64,000 nt of DNA from positions 1 through 64,000 of the IMG/VR virus record IMGVR_UViG_3300037520_001064, one strand, 5' to 3'. The notes beneath the pieces are model-generated. The model was not told the origin of the DNA, did no database searches, and was given only the letters and a program-made list of their open reading frames with translations. A program made the position numbers and the translations under genes. This document shows positions 1-10,366 of the stretch, piece after piece; the stretch's first letter is position 1, and each line of letters starts with the position of its first letter. This DNA comes from a virus.

Positions 1-1
1 T

Positions 2-574
2 AGTCAATTAGGGCAAGATTCATTTAAGAAACGTTATGAAGACTTACAAAGTCTTATAATGAATTATAATCATCAGCCTTTAGATCTTACGTTAAAGAAT
101 GTTGAATTGAATCAATGGTGTACATATGTACATCAACTGACTCCAAAATATATGTTCTATATAGATTCATATTTATTGGCAGATAAAGGTAGATGTAAAG
201 ATAGAAAGATTTGGATTAATAGAGATCTTGCAAAACATGGTGATCTACAGTTTATATTAAACAATGATCATTACAGACCAAGTTTTGAATATCAAGAAAC
301 ATTCAACTCTTTGTCATCAGATGAGATAAGTTACTTTACAGATGGTACCTTTACTCCAACAAAAGTTTACATGATGTACATGAGATATCCTCAATATATA
401 AATAAAGCAGGATACATAATGTTAGATGGGCAACCATCATTTGATCAAGATTGTGAACTTGAATTATATTTAGAAGATGAATTGTTAGATTTAACAGTAC
501 AAAATCTAGCAATGTATACTGAAAACTCTGCAGCAGTTCAAAGTGCTCAGTTCAGAATACAAACAAACGAATAA
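2..574 (+). CDS. 5'-truncated crAss-like structural protein (ring/neck, 'gene 75'-like)
   Basis: The frame is open from position 2 (SQLGQDSFKKRYEDLQSLIM...), so the true start lies upstream of the window. The FxKRxxDLxxL and YxRYP motifs and the position ahead of the auxiliary-capsid-like gene resemble crAss-like ring proteins. Confidence 0.6.
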   Translation, partial: SQLGQDSFKKRYEDLQSLIMNYNHQPLDLTLKNVELNQWCTYVHQLTPKYMFYIDSYLLADKGRCKDRKIWINRDLAKHGDLQFILNNDHYRPSFEYQETFNSLSSDEISYFTDGTFTPTKVYMMYMRYPQYINKAGYIMLDGQPSFDQDCELELYLEDELLDLTVQNLAMYTENSAAVQSAQFRIQTNE

Positions 575-602
575 ACTTTATTAACATTTAAAATAAATAA
601 AA

Positions 603-1778
603 ATGGCTGATTTTTCATTAACCACGTTATTCGTGGTTCCAGTAGGGCAAACCTCTGTCCCTAGCTCTGGCTCAATTTCTACCCAAGACTTAGATCCTGG
701 TCAAGTAGGTATTTTTGGTAGCAACTACGCAGCAGTAGATGCTACTGACATTGCTTCTTCTCCTTACTTCTATGTAGCTCAAGGTAGAACAAATACTTAT
801 TTACAAGGATCTAAAAGATCTGACAAAATTTCTGGATGCCCTTCAGGATCTTCTTGTAAATCTAACGTAACAGAATGGTACAAAGTTTCTGCTTGTCCAA
901 CTGCTGCTAACCAAATTACTGATGTAACTAATTTCACTGTACAATGTGGAGAAAGCATCACGTTAACTTTACGTGCTCACTCTTCTTACATTGATACATT
1001 GTATTTCAATGGTTTCACTCGTTCAGTAACTATTCAAGCTCCATGTTGTAATTGTGATGACAATCCATGTGCTGATGTAAGTGATAACATTATCATCGAC
1101 TTATTGATTGCTAAATTAAGACAACAAGCTCCAGGTAACAACCCTGATAACATTAGCTTCAATACATTCTTTACATTTGAAAATGTAGGTGGAACTATCT
1201 TACGTATTACAGGAAAACCATTAACTAAATATGGTCAACCTTGTGATATCGCAGCGTTCCCATTTGAATATGATAGATTGTGGTTCCGTACATTTGTATA
1301 CGCTGGTCCAGCTACTACTGCTGACTTTATCGTTGCAGATGCTTGTAACTATGTTGCTACTCCTGTTGTTCAACAACGTGCTTCTTATCCTACTGGTACA
1401 TCTGCAGAGATTGCTCAATTAGAGAAAAACTTCTACAGCTACCAAGCAGGTTACTTGAAACATTTATATAGAATGAATGGATACAACGAGAACTTCGAAT
1501 CTTGGGTATCTGATGGTGCAACTTACAACACATTCTATATCAGATTCAACGAGTATAACAAATCTGAATACCAATGGGGTGATTATATCATGGAAGATTC
1601 TACAGTGATTCTTGCTGTTCCTAATGGTGGTTCTGCTCTTACTGCTGGATTTGAAGCAATCTTAGTTGCTGGTTTAGGTGCTGTTGTAGATCAAGGAATT
1701 CCTTGTATTACTACCACTTCTACTACAACTGGTGTCCCTGCATCAACAACAACTACTACTTCTACTCAAATCCCTTAA
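603..1778 (+). CDS. crAss-like virion structural protein (auxiliary capsid / 'gene 74'-like) with C-terminal Thr-rich tail
   Basis: 391 aa with an A-rich leader and codon usage suggesting high expression. Contains RSDKI, GTSAEIAQLE and YNTFYI motifs, ends in TTTSTTT...TTTTTST, and is followed by a hairpin. Confidence 0.6.
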   Translation: MADFSLTTLFVVPVGQTSVPSSGSISTQDLDPGQVGIFGSNYAAVDATDIASSPYFYVAQGRTNTYLQGSKRSDKISGCPSGSSCKSNVTEWYKVSACPTAANQITDVTNFTVQCGESITLTLRAHSSYIDTLYFNGFTRSVTIQAPCCNCDDNPCADVSDNIIIDLLIAKLRQQAPGNNPDNISFNTFFTFENVGGTILRITGKPLTKYGQPCDIAAFPFEYDRLWFRTFVYAGPATTADFIVADACNYVATPVVQQRASYPTGTSAEIAQLEKNFYSYQAGYLKHLYRMNGYNENFESWVSDGATYNTFYIRFNEYNKSEYQWGDYIMEDSTVILAVPNGGSALTAGFEAILVAGLGAVVDQGIPCITTTSTTTGVPASTTTTTSTQIP

Positions 1779-1808
1779 GGATAAAGAATAGTAAAATTAA
1801 TAATAACC

Positions 1809-1856
1809 TATGCCAGGGGAAAGAGGATAACTCATATTCCTCTGGCATATTTATTT
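1809..1856 (+). terminator. stem-loop after auxiliary capsid gene (partial terminator or mRNA stabiliser)
   Basis: TATGCCAGGGGA...TCCTCTGGCATA inverted repeat followed by TTTATTT. Confidence 0.55.
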
Positions 1857-1865
1857 AAAAACAAC

Positions 1866-2429
1866 ATGGCAAACTTACAATTAGATATACTAGTAGTACC
1901 TACTTACGATGTTAATACTCTTGGTGTTGCAGACGCTTCTGTATATCCTACCAATCCTCCAGTGGTCTCAGCACCATCTATTGAGATTGAAATACCAGGA
2001 TTCGGAACCAAGATAGTACCTTTTGTTCCTGACCAATTAAATGTATTTACATCATCTAATTTAGGGATAACAGATCCTGGTTGTAATCAACCACTTCCAG
2101 ATGGAGTGTACAGATTAAGATATTCTGTTGCTCCTGCATATCAAAATTATGTTGAGAAAACAATATTACGTGTTGACAAGCTTCAAGAGAAGTTTGACAA
2201 TGCGTTTTTGCAATTAAATATGATGGAGTGCGATAGAGCACTTAAAACACAATCTAGTGTGCAATTAAACACGATTAACTTCTTTATTCAAGGAGCGATT
2301 GCAGCAGCTAATAACTGTGCAGAATATGAATCAAACACATTATATGCTCAAGCAGATAATATGTTAGATAACTTTTTAAGAACCAACTGTGGTTGTTCTG
2401 GTAACAACTACTTATTAAACTTTTATTAA
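1866..2429 (+). CDS. crAss-like structural protein ('gene 73'-like)
   Basis: 187 aa with an LPDGVY motif and a C-terminal CGC. Its position fits the crAss-like capsid gene block. Confidence 0.5.
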   Translation: MANLQLDILVVPTYDVNTLGVADASVYPTNPPVVSAPSIEIEIPGFGTKIVPFVPDQLNVFTSSNLGITDPGCNQPLPDGVYRLRYSVAPAYQNYVEKTILRVDKLQEKFDNAFLQLNMMECDRALKTQSSVQLNTINFFIQGAIAAANNCAEYESNTLYAQADNMLDNFLRTNCGCSGNNYLLNFY

Positions 2430-2431
2430 TT

Positions 2432-2527
2432 ATGGCACAATGTAATTCATGTGGAGCTAAAGTGGGATGTGGATGTCAATTAACCAATGGGTTATGTGGC
2501 ACATGCGCTGCTAAAGTAAATAAATAA
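2432..2527 (+). CDS. 31-aa Cys-rich mini-protein (not in ORF track)
   Basis: MAQCNSCGAKVGCGCQLTNGLCGTCAAKVNK*. It fills the intergenic gap with 2-nt and 11-nt spacing and has 6 Cys. Confidence 0.7.
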   Translation: MAQCNSCGAKVGCGCQLTNGLCGTCAAKVNK

Positions 2528-2538
2528 AAATCGCTATT

Positions 2539-4461
2539 ATGTTATCACCAAGATTAACAAATTGCCCAGAATGTGCTGACATTCCTTCTTTGCTTAAAAA
2601 AATAGATTGCAAGTTAGCAGAACTTGGTAATAATTTGTACAACAATATTTCATATATGTTGAACAAACCTATACCTGCTGGTGACATTCTTCAGTTAATA
2701 GGCTATAGAAGAATACTAACTTATAAGTATTGTAATCCTAACTATGTACATAAATACTCTGTGCAAATGATTGCTAGTAGAGTGATACGTTTAACAGTAG
2801 GATGTGTTAGTAGATGTAATGAACCTGAGCGTTGTTTAGAAGATCCTTGTGATATTACAATTGTAGCAAATCCTACAACTACTAGTACAAGTACAATTGC
2901 ACCTAGCACAACAACAACTAGTACAAGTTCTAGTAGCACTACAACTACTAGTACAACTGTACAACCAACCACTACCACAACTACAACACAAGAACCAACC
3001 ACAACCACTACAAGTTCTAGTTCTACTAGCACAACTACTAGTACTAGTTCTTCAACAACTACTACTACAAGTTCTAGTTCTACTAGTACAACAAGTACAA
3101 CTACAGGAATACCATTTTGTGTACCAGAATGTTTTCCTTTATTTAGTAAAGGAACTGGAATATTTATATATAAAAACTTTAGTATAACTGATTTAACATC
3201 ACAAATCACAGGACCTATTCCTGTAACTGGTGATGTTGCAAACACATCAAATAAACTATGGTTGTATGGTCAAACAGATATATCTGAATATGATATAAAT
3301 GGTTTCTGTCCATTCTCAGCTACATACAATAAAAATATAAATCTAGCTTCTGGATTATTTGGTTCAGGCATGACAGCAATTGATGATGTAACATTAGTTA
3401 GTTCAATAGGAACTAACATTGTTGAGGTTGATGTATCCACTACAACTGCAGGAATAACTGTTAAGTTCCCAATGCCTACAAATAGAGATATATCAGGAGA
3501 CTTAATCTACACTACATCAAATCAATTAGTTTGTTCTTACGTAGATAATATAACAAGTAATACGTACATCACTATACATGATTATTCTACAGGAGCAATA
3601 CTTGTAGATATTAATATCTCATCTATAACTTATCCTTGGGGATTATATATAGATGCAGGAGTAATACAAGTTTGTGATAACAATGGTCAAATATTCAGTC
3701 TTGATTTAGATACAGAAGTGTTAACTCTTGTTGCAAATGTAGGACAAAGCTTAAACGGAGCATCACAAGCTCCAGAATGTGCCATATTAAATCCTATTAC
3801 AACAACAACGACTACTACTGTAGAACCTACAACAACTACAACTATAGCACCAACTACAACTACTACCACTACTGTAGATCCATGTTTAGATTGCGTAGCA
3901 CATGATTTAACAATTGGAACACAAACTTGGACAGGTTGTAATTTAGATGTTACTACTTTTAGAAATGGAGATCCTATTCCAGAAGTAACTGACCCATCAG
4001 CTTGGATAGGATTAACAACTCCTGCTTGGTGTTATTATAATAACGATTCTGTAAATGGACCAACCTATGGTAAATTATATAACTGGTATGCTGTAAATGA
4101 TCCAAGAGGTTTAGCTCCAGTAGGTTACCATATTCCTAGTGATACAGAATGGACCACTTTAACTACCTTTTTAGGTGGTTCCACTGTTGCAGGAGGTGCA
4201 TTAAAACAACAAGGATTTTGTCACTGGTTAACTCAAAATACTGCTACTAACAGTAGTGGATTCTCAGGTCTTCCTGGAGGATATCGTGGTACTGGTGGAG
4301 GATTTTTTGGAAGTCTTGGTACCTATGGTAGTTTTTGGAGTACTTCACAATACGATCCTACAGCTAGTTATTTCCTTAGTTTGTTCGTTGCAGATAATAC
4401 AGCAACCATACAAGTTGCCAACAATATAGATGGTCAGTCAGTACGTTTAATAAAAGATTAA
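2539..4461 (+). CDS. modular virion protein: Cys-rich N-terminus, poly-Thr/Ser linker, propeller-like domain, C-terminal FISUMP (Fib_succ_major) domain
   Basis: The C-terminus IGTQTW..NLDV..FRNGDPIP...AWCYY...YGKLYNWYAV..RGLAP.G.HIPS..EW...GFSGLPGGYR...FWS is the FISUMP signature. Confidence 0.8.
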   Translation: MLSPRLTNCPECADIPSLLKKIDCKLAELGNNLYNNISYMLNKPIPAGDILQLIGYRRILTYKYCNPNYVHKYSVQMIASRVIRLTVGCVSRCNEPERCLEDPCDITIVANPTTTSTSTIAPSTTTTSTSSSSTTTTSTTVQPTTTTTTTQEPTTTTTSSSSTSTTTSTSSSTTTTTSSSSTSTTSTTTGIPFCVPECFPLFSKGTGIFIYKNFSITDLTSQITGPIPVTGDVANTSNKLWLYGQTDISEYDINGFCPFSATYNKNINLASGLFGSGMTAIDDVTLVSSIGTNIVEVDVSTTTAGITVKFPMPTNRDISGDLIYTTSNQLVCSYVDNITSNTYITIHDYSTGAILVDINISSITYPWGLYIDAGVIQVCDNNGQIFSLDLDTEVLTLVANVGQSLNGASQAPECAILNPITTTTTTTVEPTTTTTIAPTTTTTTTVDPCLDCVAHDLTIGTQTWTGCNLDVTTFRNGDPIPEVTDPSAWIGLTTPAWCYYNNDSVNGPTYGKLYNWYAVNDPRGLAPVGYHIPSDTEWTTLTTFLGGSTVAGGALKQQGFCHWLTQNTATNSSGFSGLPGGYRGTGGGFFGSLGTYGSFWSTSQYDPTASYFLSLFVADNTATIQVANNIDGQSVRLIKD

Positions 4462-4487
4462 TAATAAACACTTAAAAAATAAATAAT

Positions 4488-5591
4488 ATGTCCAATTGTT
4501 CAAATTGTTATAACGGATGTACAGAGATTGTCTCTGACAGATGTGTTAAATATACAGGAATAGATGTTCCTGTTCTAGGAATCCAAACAGGTGATTCATT
4601 ATCATTTGTTGAACAATCATTGATTACATTCCTTACAGCTGCATTAAATGGTACAGGAATTACACCAATTATAAATGATACAATCATTTGTGATCTTGTA
4701 AAACAGTATTTACCAACATGTGGAGATCTTTCATTGAATGATGTGTTAACAGCTGTTATAAAAGCTGCTTGTGATCTTCAAGAACAAGTAGATGCTATAG
4801 TTGCAGACATAGTAGTAATTAATAATGAAATAGATACAATTGAAGCTGATTACACTGTAAGATGTCTTGTAGATGGAACACCTTCTATAACACCTTCTTC
4901 AGGAACACATGCTGTTCTTCAAGCTACAATAGATACATTATGTGCATTAGCTTTAGATCTTAGTACAAATTATGTAAGTATAGCTAACATTGATACTTAT
5001 ATATCAAATTATATTAATAATAATCCTGCAGCTTCATTAGTAAGTACTAAAATGATTCCTTATGTAGCAGTTCCTTATTTCAATCCAGATCTTTCAAACT
5101 TTGATGCTACAGGAGCTGGTATAGGAAACTGGGTTAAGATTTATTTATGTAATGGTGCTAATCCAGGTGTACCTGATTTAAGAGGAAGAGTGTTAGTAGG
5201 AACTACTACAGGAATGAACGGTGGAACACTTAACGCTGCTGTTGATCCAGCTGTACCAGGTAACCCTGCTTACTCATTAGGAACTACTACAGGTTTAAAT
5301 CAAGTTACACTTGGACCTACACAAATTCCTTCACATACACATACTATTACAAATGTTGTAAGTGTGACTGATCCTGGACATACACATAATTTAAAAGTTA
5401 ATACTAATGCTGCTGGTTCAGGAAATCCAGCTTTTGAAGCTGCAAGTACACAAGGTAATTTTGCTACAGACTCTGCTCAAACAGGAGTTACTGTTAACGT
5501 AGCTTCCACAGCATCTAGTTTTGGTGGAGGACTTCCTCATCAAAATAATCAACCTGCAATTGGTTGTTACTATATTATATACATACCTTAA
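4488..5591 (+). CDS. tail fibre protein with phage tail-collar domain
   Basis: LCNG...PDLRGR collar motif, HTH metal-binding motifs (PSHTH, GHTH) and a PHQNNQP...YIIY terminus. The N-terminal Cys-rich module is shared with other fibres. Confidence 0.75.
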   Translation: MSNCSNCYNGCTEIVSDRCVKYTGIDVPVLGIQTGDSLSFVEQSLITFLTAALNGTGITPIINDTIICDLVKQYLPTCGDLSLNDVLTAVIKAACDLQEQVDAIVADIVVINNEIDTIEADYTVRCLVDGTPSITPSSGTHAVLQATIDTLCALALDLSTNYVSIANIDTYISNYINNNPAASLVSTKMIPYVAVPYFNPDLSNFDATGAGIGNWVKIYLCNGANPGVPDLRGRVLVGTTTGMNGGTLNAAVDPAVPGNPAYSLGTTTGLNQVTLGPTQIPSHTHTITNVVSVTDPGHTHNLKVNTNAAGSGNPAFEAASTQGNFATDSAQTGVTVNVASTASSFGGGLPHQNNQPAIGCYYIIYIP

Positions 5592-5603
5592 TAAATCATC
5601 AAG

Positions 5604-7517
5604 ATGGCATATCCTTTTTTACCTGTTAACCCTTGCTGCACAGATGTAGTTTTAAATACTCCTTGTGGATGTAGTTCTACAATCACCAATAGTGGTTGTA
5701 ATAACAATGATCCATGTAGTACTCATTTAACTGCATCTAGCACTATTGTATATGATGGTCCTGTACTACCATGTATAGTAGCTGAACCATGTGATACACT
5801 TAATGTAATCTTACAAAAGATAGATGAGATTATTTGTAATTTATTAACACAAATAAATTATTTGAATAATCAAGTTACTAACATTACTAATCAAGTGATT
5901 GCTATTAATGGTGATATAATTAATATATATAATACATTAGGTGAGTGTTGTTCTGCAACTACTACAACCACTACTACTACAATAGCAACTCCTTGTGAAA
6001 GCTTCTCATTAGATAATACTGGAGATGCTCCTGTAGCTATCATTATTACTGATTGTATTACAGGAGAACAAGAAGCAATTGTATTATTACCAGGAGAAAC
6101 AAATATTTGTGTTGAAACAGATAGTCCTCTAACTGTTCCAGGTACAGTGATTGTTACACCAAACGGTCCTTGTGGTCCTACAACAACAACTACCACTACT
6201 ATTGTACCAACCACAACCACTACAACAACAGCTAGTGCTTGTGAGTGTTTAACTTTCCATAATGGAGATGTTAACATTCATACTATAACTTATACAGATT
6301 GTGATGGTTCTATCAGTAGACCTATAAATATTGATCCAGATCAAACTATTCAAGTTTGCGGATCTAATGGATTTGGTAGTGACCCTCTTGTAACTATTAC
6401 TATTGGTGCAAATTGTATTGATGGAGCATGTCCAGCAGAACCAACTACTACTACAACTACTACAATATCTTTATGTGATTGTTATGATACTGAAATTACT
6501 ATATTATCAGAAACATTAGCTACTACAGATGATGGACAAATTACAGTGCTATATAATGATTGTGTAACTAATCCATTCATTAATACATATGACACTCCTG
6601 GAGTTTATTCATTAGGTTGTGTGAATTATCTTGTGGGTGTAGTTGCACTAGGAATGATTGATTTTACAGAACAACCTATATATGTTCCAATTTCAACAGG
6701 AGCTCCTTGTTGTGATGTAGAACCAACGACAACCACTACAACTACAATAGCACCAACAACTACAACAACTACTACTATATCAGGTTGTAATTGTGTAGAT
6801 ATAGTTATTAGTCAAGATGATATTGATGATGCTACAGGAAACACTCTATCATTCTTTGATGGTACAGTTGTTTTATGGCCAGAGAAAGGTGCTAGTTGTG
6901 AAGGACAATCATCTGGAGAAGATCCTCCTGCTTATTTTACAGTTGCAGGAACTTATACATATTGCTTAAAAGCAAGTGTAATTCCTACTCTTGAATTAAC
7001 ATATTTAAAAGATAATGAGACAGTAACTAGTATACAAAGTGAAGTTGTTAATTTAGGAACTCCTTGTTTAGTTAATGGTGAGTGTATTCCAACCACTACC
7101 ACAACTACAACAGCTGAGCCTACAACTACTACTACTAGTACAAGTAGCACAACTACAACAACTACTACATTGGAACCAACTACAACTACTACAACAACAT
7201 TTGCTGGACCTTGTACATGTTTCCAAGTTGCCATAAATCAAGCAGATATAGATGATGCTACAGGTAATACAGATCCTGGACGTGATGGTAAAGTGTATTT
7301 ACAAACTGCTAAAGATTCAGCTTGTGAAGGTGGTGATATATCTGCAGAATACTCAACTTTCACTTCAGATGGTTTCTGTATTCTAACAAGTGCAGTAAGT
7401 TCGATACAGTTATTCTATTATAAAAATAATGTTCCAATTTACTATCCAGCTACAGTTAGTGCATATAATGTACTATATACTGCTTGTTCAGTGAATGGAG
7501 AATGTGTACCTGTATAA
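5604..7517 (+). CDS. Cys-rich modular fibre/decoration protein with poly-Thr linkers
   Basis: Shared N-terminal YxGPxLxC...DxLxxILxKID module, a coiled coil, and five Cys-bounded domains separated by Thr tracts. Confidence 0.7.
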   Translation: MAYPFLPVNPCCTDVVLNTPCGCSSTITNSGCNNNDPCSTHLTASSTIVYDGPVLPCIVAEPCDTLNVILQKIDEIICNLLTQINYLNNQVTNITNQVIAINGDIINIYNTLGECCSATTTTTTTTIATPCESFSLDNTGDAPVAIIITDCITGEQEAIVLLPGETNICVETDSPLTVPGTVIVTPNGPCGPTTTTTTTIVPTTTTTTTASACECLTFHNGDVNIHTITYTDCDGSISRPINIDPDQTIQVCGSNGFGSDPLVTITIGANCIDGACPAEPTTTTTTTISLCDCYDTEITILSETLATTDDGQITVLYNDCVTNPFINTYDTPGVYSLGCVNYLVGVVALGMIDFTEQPIYVPISTGAPCCDVEPTTTTTTTIAPTTTTTTTISGCNCVDIVISQDDIDDATGNTLSFFDGTVVLWPEKGASCEGQSSGEDPPAYFTVAGTYTYCLKASVIPTLELTYLKDNETVTSIQSEVVNLGTPCLVNGECIPTTTTTTTAEPTTTTTSTSSTTTTTTTLEPTTTTTTTFAGPCTCFQVAINQADIDDATGNTDPGRDGKVYLQTAKDSACEGGDISAEYSTFTSDGFCILTSAVSSIQLFYYKNNVPIYYPATVSAYNVLYTACSVNGECVPV

Positions 7518-7537
7518 ATATTAAATAAAATTATATA

Positions 7538-8446
7538 ATGGCTAATTGCTCAAACATAAATAATACAACAATAAAAGGAACAAGTGCTGTCACATACGAT
7601 AGCACTCCACTTCCTTGTACAGATGTAAATACATGTGATGGACTAAATACTATCCTTGCTAAATTTGATGCTGTTATATGTAATGTAAAAGCTAATGTTG
7701 ATTCTATTACAGAAGATGTAATGAATCTTACAGAAGATGTAATGGTTATAACAGAAGATATAACCAATATTCAAAATCAATTGAATATATGTTGTCCTAT
7801 ATGTGATTTTACTGGAGTTGCAGATGAGTTACCAACTTGTGATTTTACTGGAGAAGCTGACGAATTACCATTATGTAGTTTTAGTGGAGAAACTCATCAA
7901 GTTCCAGGTCCTACAACTACAACAACAAGTTCAAGTAGCACAAGTACATCTACAAGTACTAGCACATCAACTTCTACTAGTACTAGCACAAGTACTTCTA
8001 CATCAACTACTACAAGTACTACTACAGAACGTCCTATAACATTATGTGTAACTTATGAGGCAACTGGTGGATTAGGATTTATTAATTGGACTGATTGTGA
8101 TGGAAATCCTGCAACTTATGAATATGCTGGTGGTCCAGCTTACACTTTCTGTGCATTAGAAGGTTCAGTTACTACAGACCCAGGTATTACTATAACTCTT
8201 ATTAGTTTAAGTTGTGGTGAACCAACTACTACTACAACCACCACTATTGCGTGTGCACAATACACTGTAGCTACTACTTCAGGATCAGGACAAACTTATA
8301 CTTATACTGATTGTAATGGAGATCCTCAGTCAGGTACTATAGGTGGGGTATCAGGATTTGATTCTCAAACATTTTGTGCTGAATTAAACTCAGTAGTAGG
8401 TACAGGAGAAACTACAACAACATATGATGGACCTTGCACACCTTAA
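7538..8446 (+). CDS. Cys-rich fibre/decoration protein with (ST)n linker
   Basis: Shared N-terminal module, coiled coil, three CxFxG repeats, an STSTST tract and two [YW]TDCxG modules. Confidence 0.7.
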   Translation: MANCSNINNTTIKGTSAVTYDSTPLPCTDVNTCDGLNTILAKFDAVICNVKANVDSITEDVMNLTEDVMVITEDITNIQNQLNICCPICDFTGVADELPTCDFTGEADELPLCSFSGETHQVPGPTTTTTSSSSTSTSTSTSTSTSTSTSTSTSTSTTTSTTTERPITLCVTYEATGGLGFINWTDCDGNPATYEYAGGPAYTFCALEGSVTTDPGITITLISLSCGEPTTTTTTTIACAQYTVATTSGSGQTYTYTDCNGDPQSGTIGGVSGFDSQTFCAELNSVVGTGETTTTYDGPCTP

Positions 8447-8473
8447 TTTAAAATCAATTAATAATAAATCAGT

Positions 8474-9214
8474 ATGATAATAGTAACAACATTAGTTATT
8501 CCTCCTGGAGGTGATGCAGGACCATTTGATCTTTATTCAAATGTAGATGGATATACAGTTCCGTTTGCAACAGGTGTATCTGCATTACAATTAGAGGCTG
8601 GTTATAGCTCAACTGTTCCTGACAATGCAACAAGTATTAAAGTAGTATCTGTTGGAATATGTACAAACTTTATTATTCTAGATATAGATTTAATCACTAC
8701 AACTACCACTACTAGTAGTTCTAGTACTAGCACATCTACAAGTACAAGTACTTCAACAAGTACAACAAGTACAACTAGTAGTACAAGTTCAACAACTACC
8801 AGTACTACTACACCTGTACCAACAAATCCTTTATCAGGAACTTGGGATCTTGATAGTGTAAATGCAAATGTTAGAATAACAAGTATTAATAACTTAAATG
8901 GAGAACCTGTAAGTTGCACAGGTGCAACAACTTGCGTATTTCCAATAGTTTCTGGTGGTGGACAATATGTGGCTACACCTCCAACTTCTGATGGAACTAC
9001 AGCAATTGATTCTCCATACACTGCAACATTAGTTTTGAATCTTTCTTGGATAACAGTTATACCAGGTGCAACATATTATTTTACAATAGATGTAACTGGT
9101 CAAACTGGAGTGATTCAATATGTAACTTATGGAACACCTTTTATAACATTAAACATTGCAGGAATAGTAACAGGATCAGAAGACGTAACTATTCTATTTA
9201 CTGGAACTTATTAA
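8474..9214 (+). CDS. decoration protein, GPFxLYS-family paralog 1
   Basis: N-terminal GDAGPFDLYSNVDGY domain, Thr/Ser linker and unique C-terminal domain. Confidence 0.7.
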   Translation: MIIVTTLVIPPGGDAGPFDLYSNVDGYTVPFATGVSALQLEAGYSSTVPDNATSIKVVSVGICTNFIILDIDLITTTTTTSSSSTSTSTSTSTSTSTTSTTSSTSSTTTSTTTPVPTNPLSGTWDLDSVNANVRITSINNLNGEPVSCTGATTCVFPIVSGGGQYVATPPTSDGTTAIDSPYTATLVLNLSWITVIPGATYYFTIDVTGQTGVIQYVTYGTPFITLNIAGIVTGSEDVTILFTGTY

Positions 9215-9226
9215 AATCAAATAATT

Positions 9227-10348
9227 ATGATAGCATTAATAACATTAACTATACCAACTGGCGGAGATGCTGGTCCATTTAATCTATATTCAAATACAGA
9301 TGGATATGTAACACCATTTGCAACAGGTATATCTGCAGCTGCTTTAACAGCTGGTTATACATCAACTGTTGTTCCTGAAGGGACAACTATAATCAGAGTA
9401 GTATCTACAGGATGGTGTACAAATTACATTGATATAAATATCAATTTAATTCCAACAACAACAACCACTAGTAGTTCTAGTACAAGTACAACAACTTCTA
9501 CTAGCACAACAGCTGTTCCTACAACTACTACAACTAGTAGTTCAACAAGTACATCAACCAGTACAAGTACTTCTACTAGTACCAGTACAAGTACCAGTAC
9601 ATCAAGTAGTACTTCAACCAGCACTAGTACAAGCACAAGTACATCAACTAGCACAACAACATCAACTACCACTGTATGTCCATGTGTTGAGTATGTAAGC
9701 ATTGGTATGACTGCAGCTGGTACATTTAACTATCAAGATTGTTTTGGTACACCTAAATCAATATTTCTAAATGAAGGTCCAAATTTATTTGTTGGTCTTG
9801 GAGAACCTGAATGTGTGGATAGAAATTCATTATCATCAAGTGTATCCTTTGAGGTAATAAGTTATGGCCCATGCTGTACACCAACTCCTACAACTACAAC
9901 TACAACTACTACAGTAGCACCAAATTGTTATGCTTATAATGTTACTGTAGAAGAATCTGATCTTATTGCGTCAGATGATGGAAATGTTTATTTTGTATAT
10001 GAAGATTGTAATGGAATTACACAAACAAATGTTCAAAGTAATTCAGGTACATACATTAATGCATTTTGTGCAATAAGCTATACAGGTGCATATTACCTAG
10101 ATGGTGGAATAGAAACTAATGCTAGTAGTAGTGCAAATGTAACAACAGCACCTTGTACAGGTGAATGTACTGAATTCTCTGCAGATGGTACAGGTGCTGG
10201 TGGAACAGTTTATTATATTGATTGTAATGGTAATCCTCAATCATTTGTAGTAGCTCTTGGTGAGATTAGTGCTCCTTTCTGTGGAATATTCGGTTCAGTA
10301 ACATCAATTGGTCCAGTAGTAAGTATATTGGGTCCTTGTACACTTTAA
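9227..10348 (+). CDS. decoration protein, GPFxLYS-family paralog 2
   Basis: N-terminal GDAGPFNLYSNTDGY domain, a roughly 70-aa Thr/Ser tract and three YxDCxG modules. Confidence 0.7.
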   Translation: MIALITLTIPTGGDAGPFNLYSNTDGYVTPFATGISAAALTAGYTSTVVPEGTTIIRVVSTGWCTNYIDININLIPTTTTTSSSSTSTTTSTSTTAVPTTTTTSSSTSTSTSTSTSTSTSTSTSTSSSTSTSTSTSTSTSTSTTTSTTTVCPCVEYVSIGMTAAGTFNYQDCFGTPKSIFLNEGPNLFVGLGEPECVDRNSLSSSVSFEVISYGPCCTPTPTTTTTTTTVAPNCYAYNVTVEESDLIASDDGNVYFVYEDCNGITQTNVQSNSGTYINAFCAISYTGAYYLDGGIETNASSSANVTTAPCTGECTEFSADGTGAGGTVYYIDCNGNPQSFVVALGEISAPFCGIFGSVTSIGPVVSILGPCTL

Positions 10349-10366
10349 TTTAAAAATCAATAATGT

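Noticed and set aside
603-1778. Major capsid protein call
   Set aside because: No HK97-type features were recognised. Its position after a ring-like gene fits the auxiliary 'gene 74'-like protein, so the MCP, portal and terminase are probably upstream of the window.
2742-9702. Minus-strand Val/Leu-rich ORFs and alternate-frame Gln/Leu-rich ORFs (e.g. 2742-3245, 5891-6277, 8602-9021, 9424-9702)
   Set aside because: These are shadows of ACN/AGT-rich Thr/Ser codons, which lack stops on the other strand or frames. They lie within convincing plus-strand genes.
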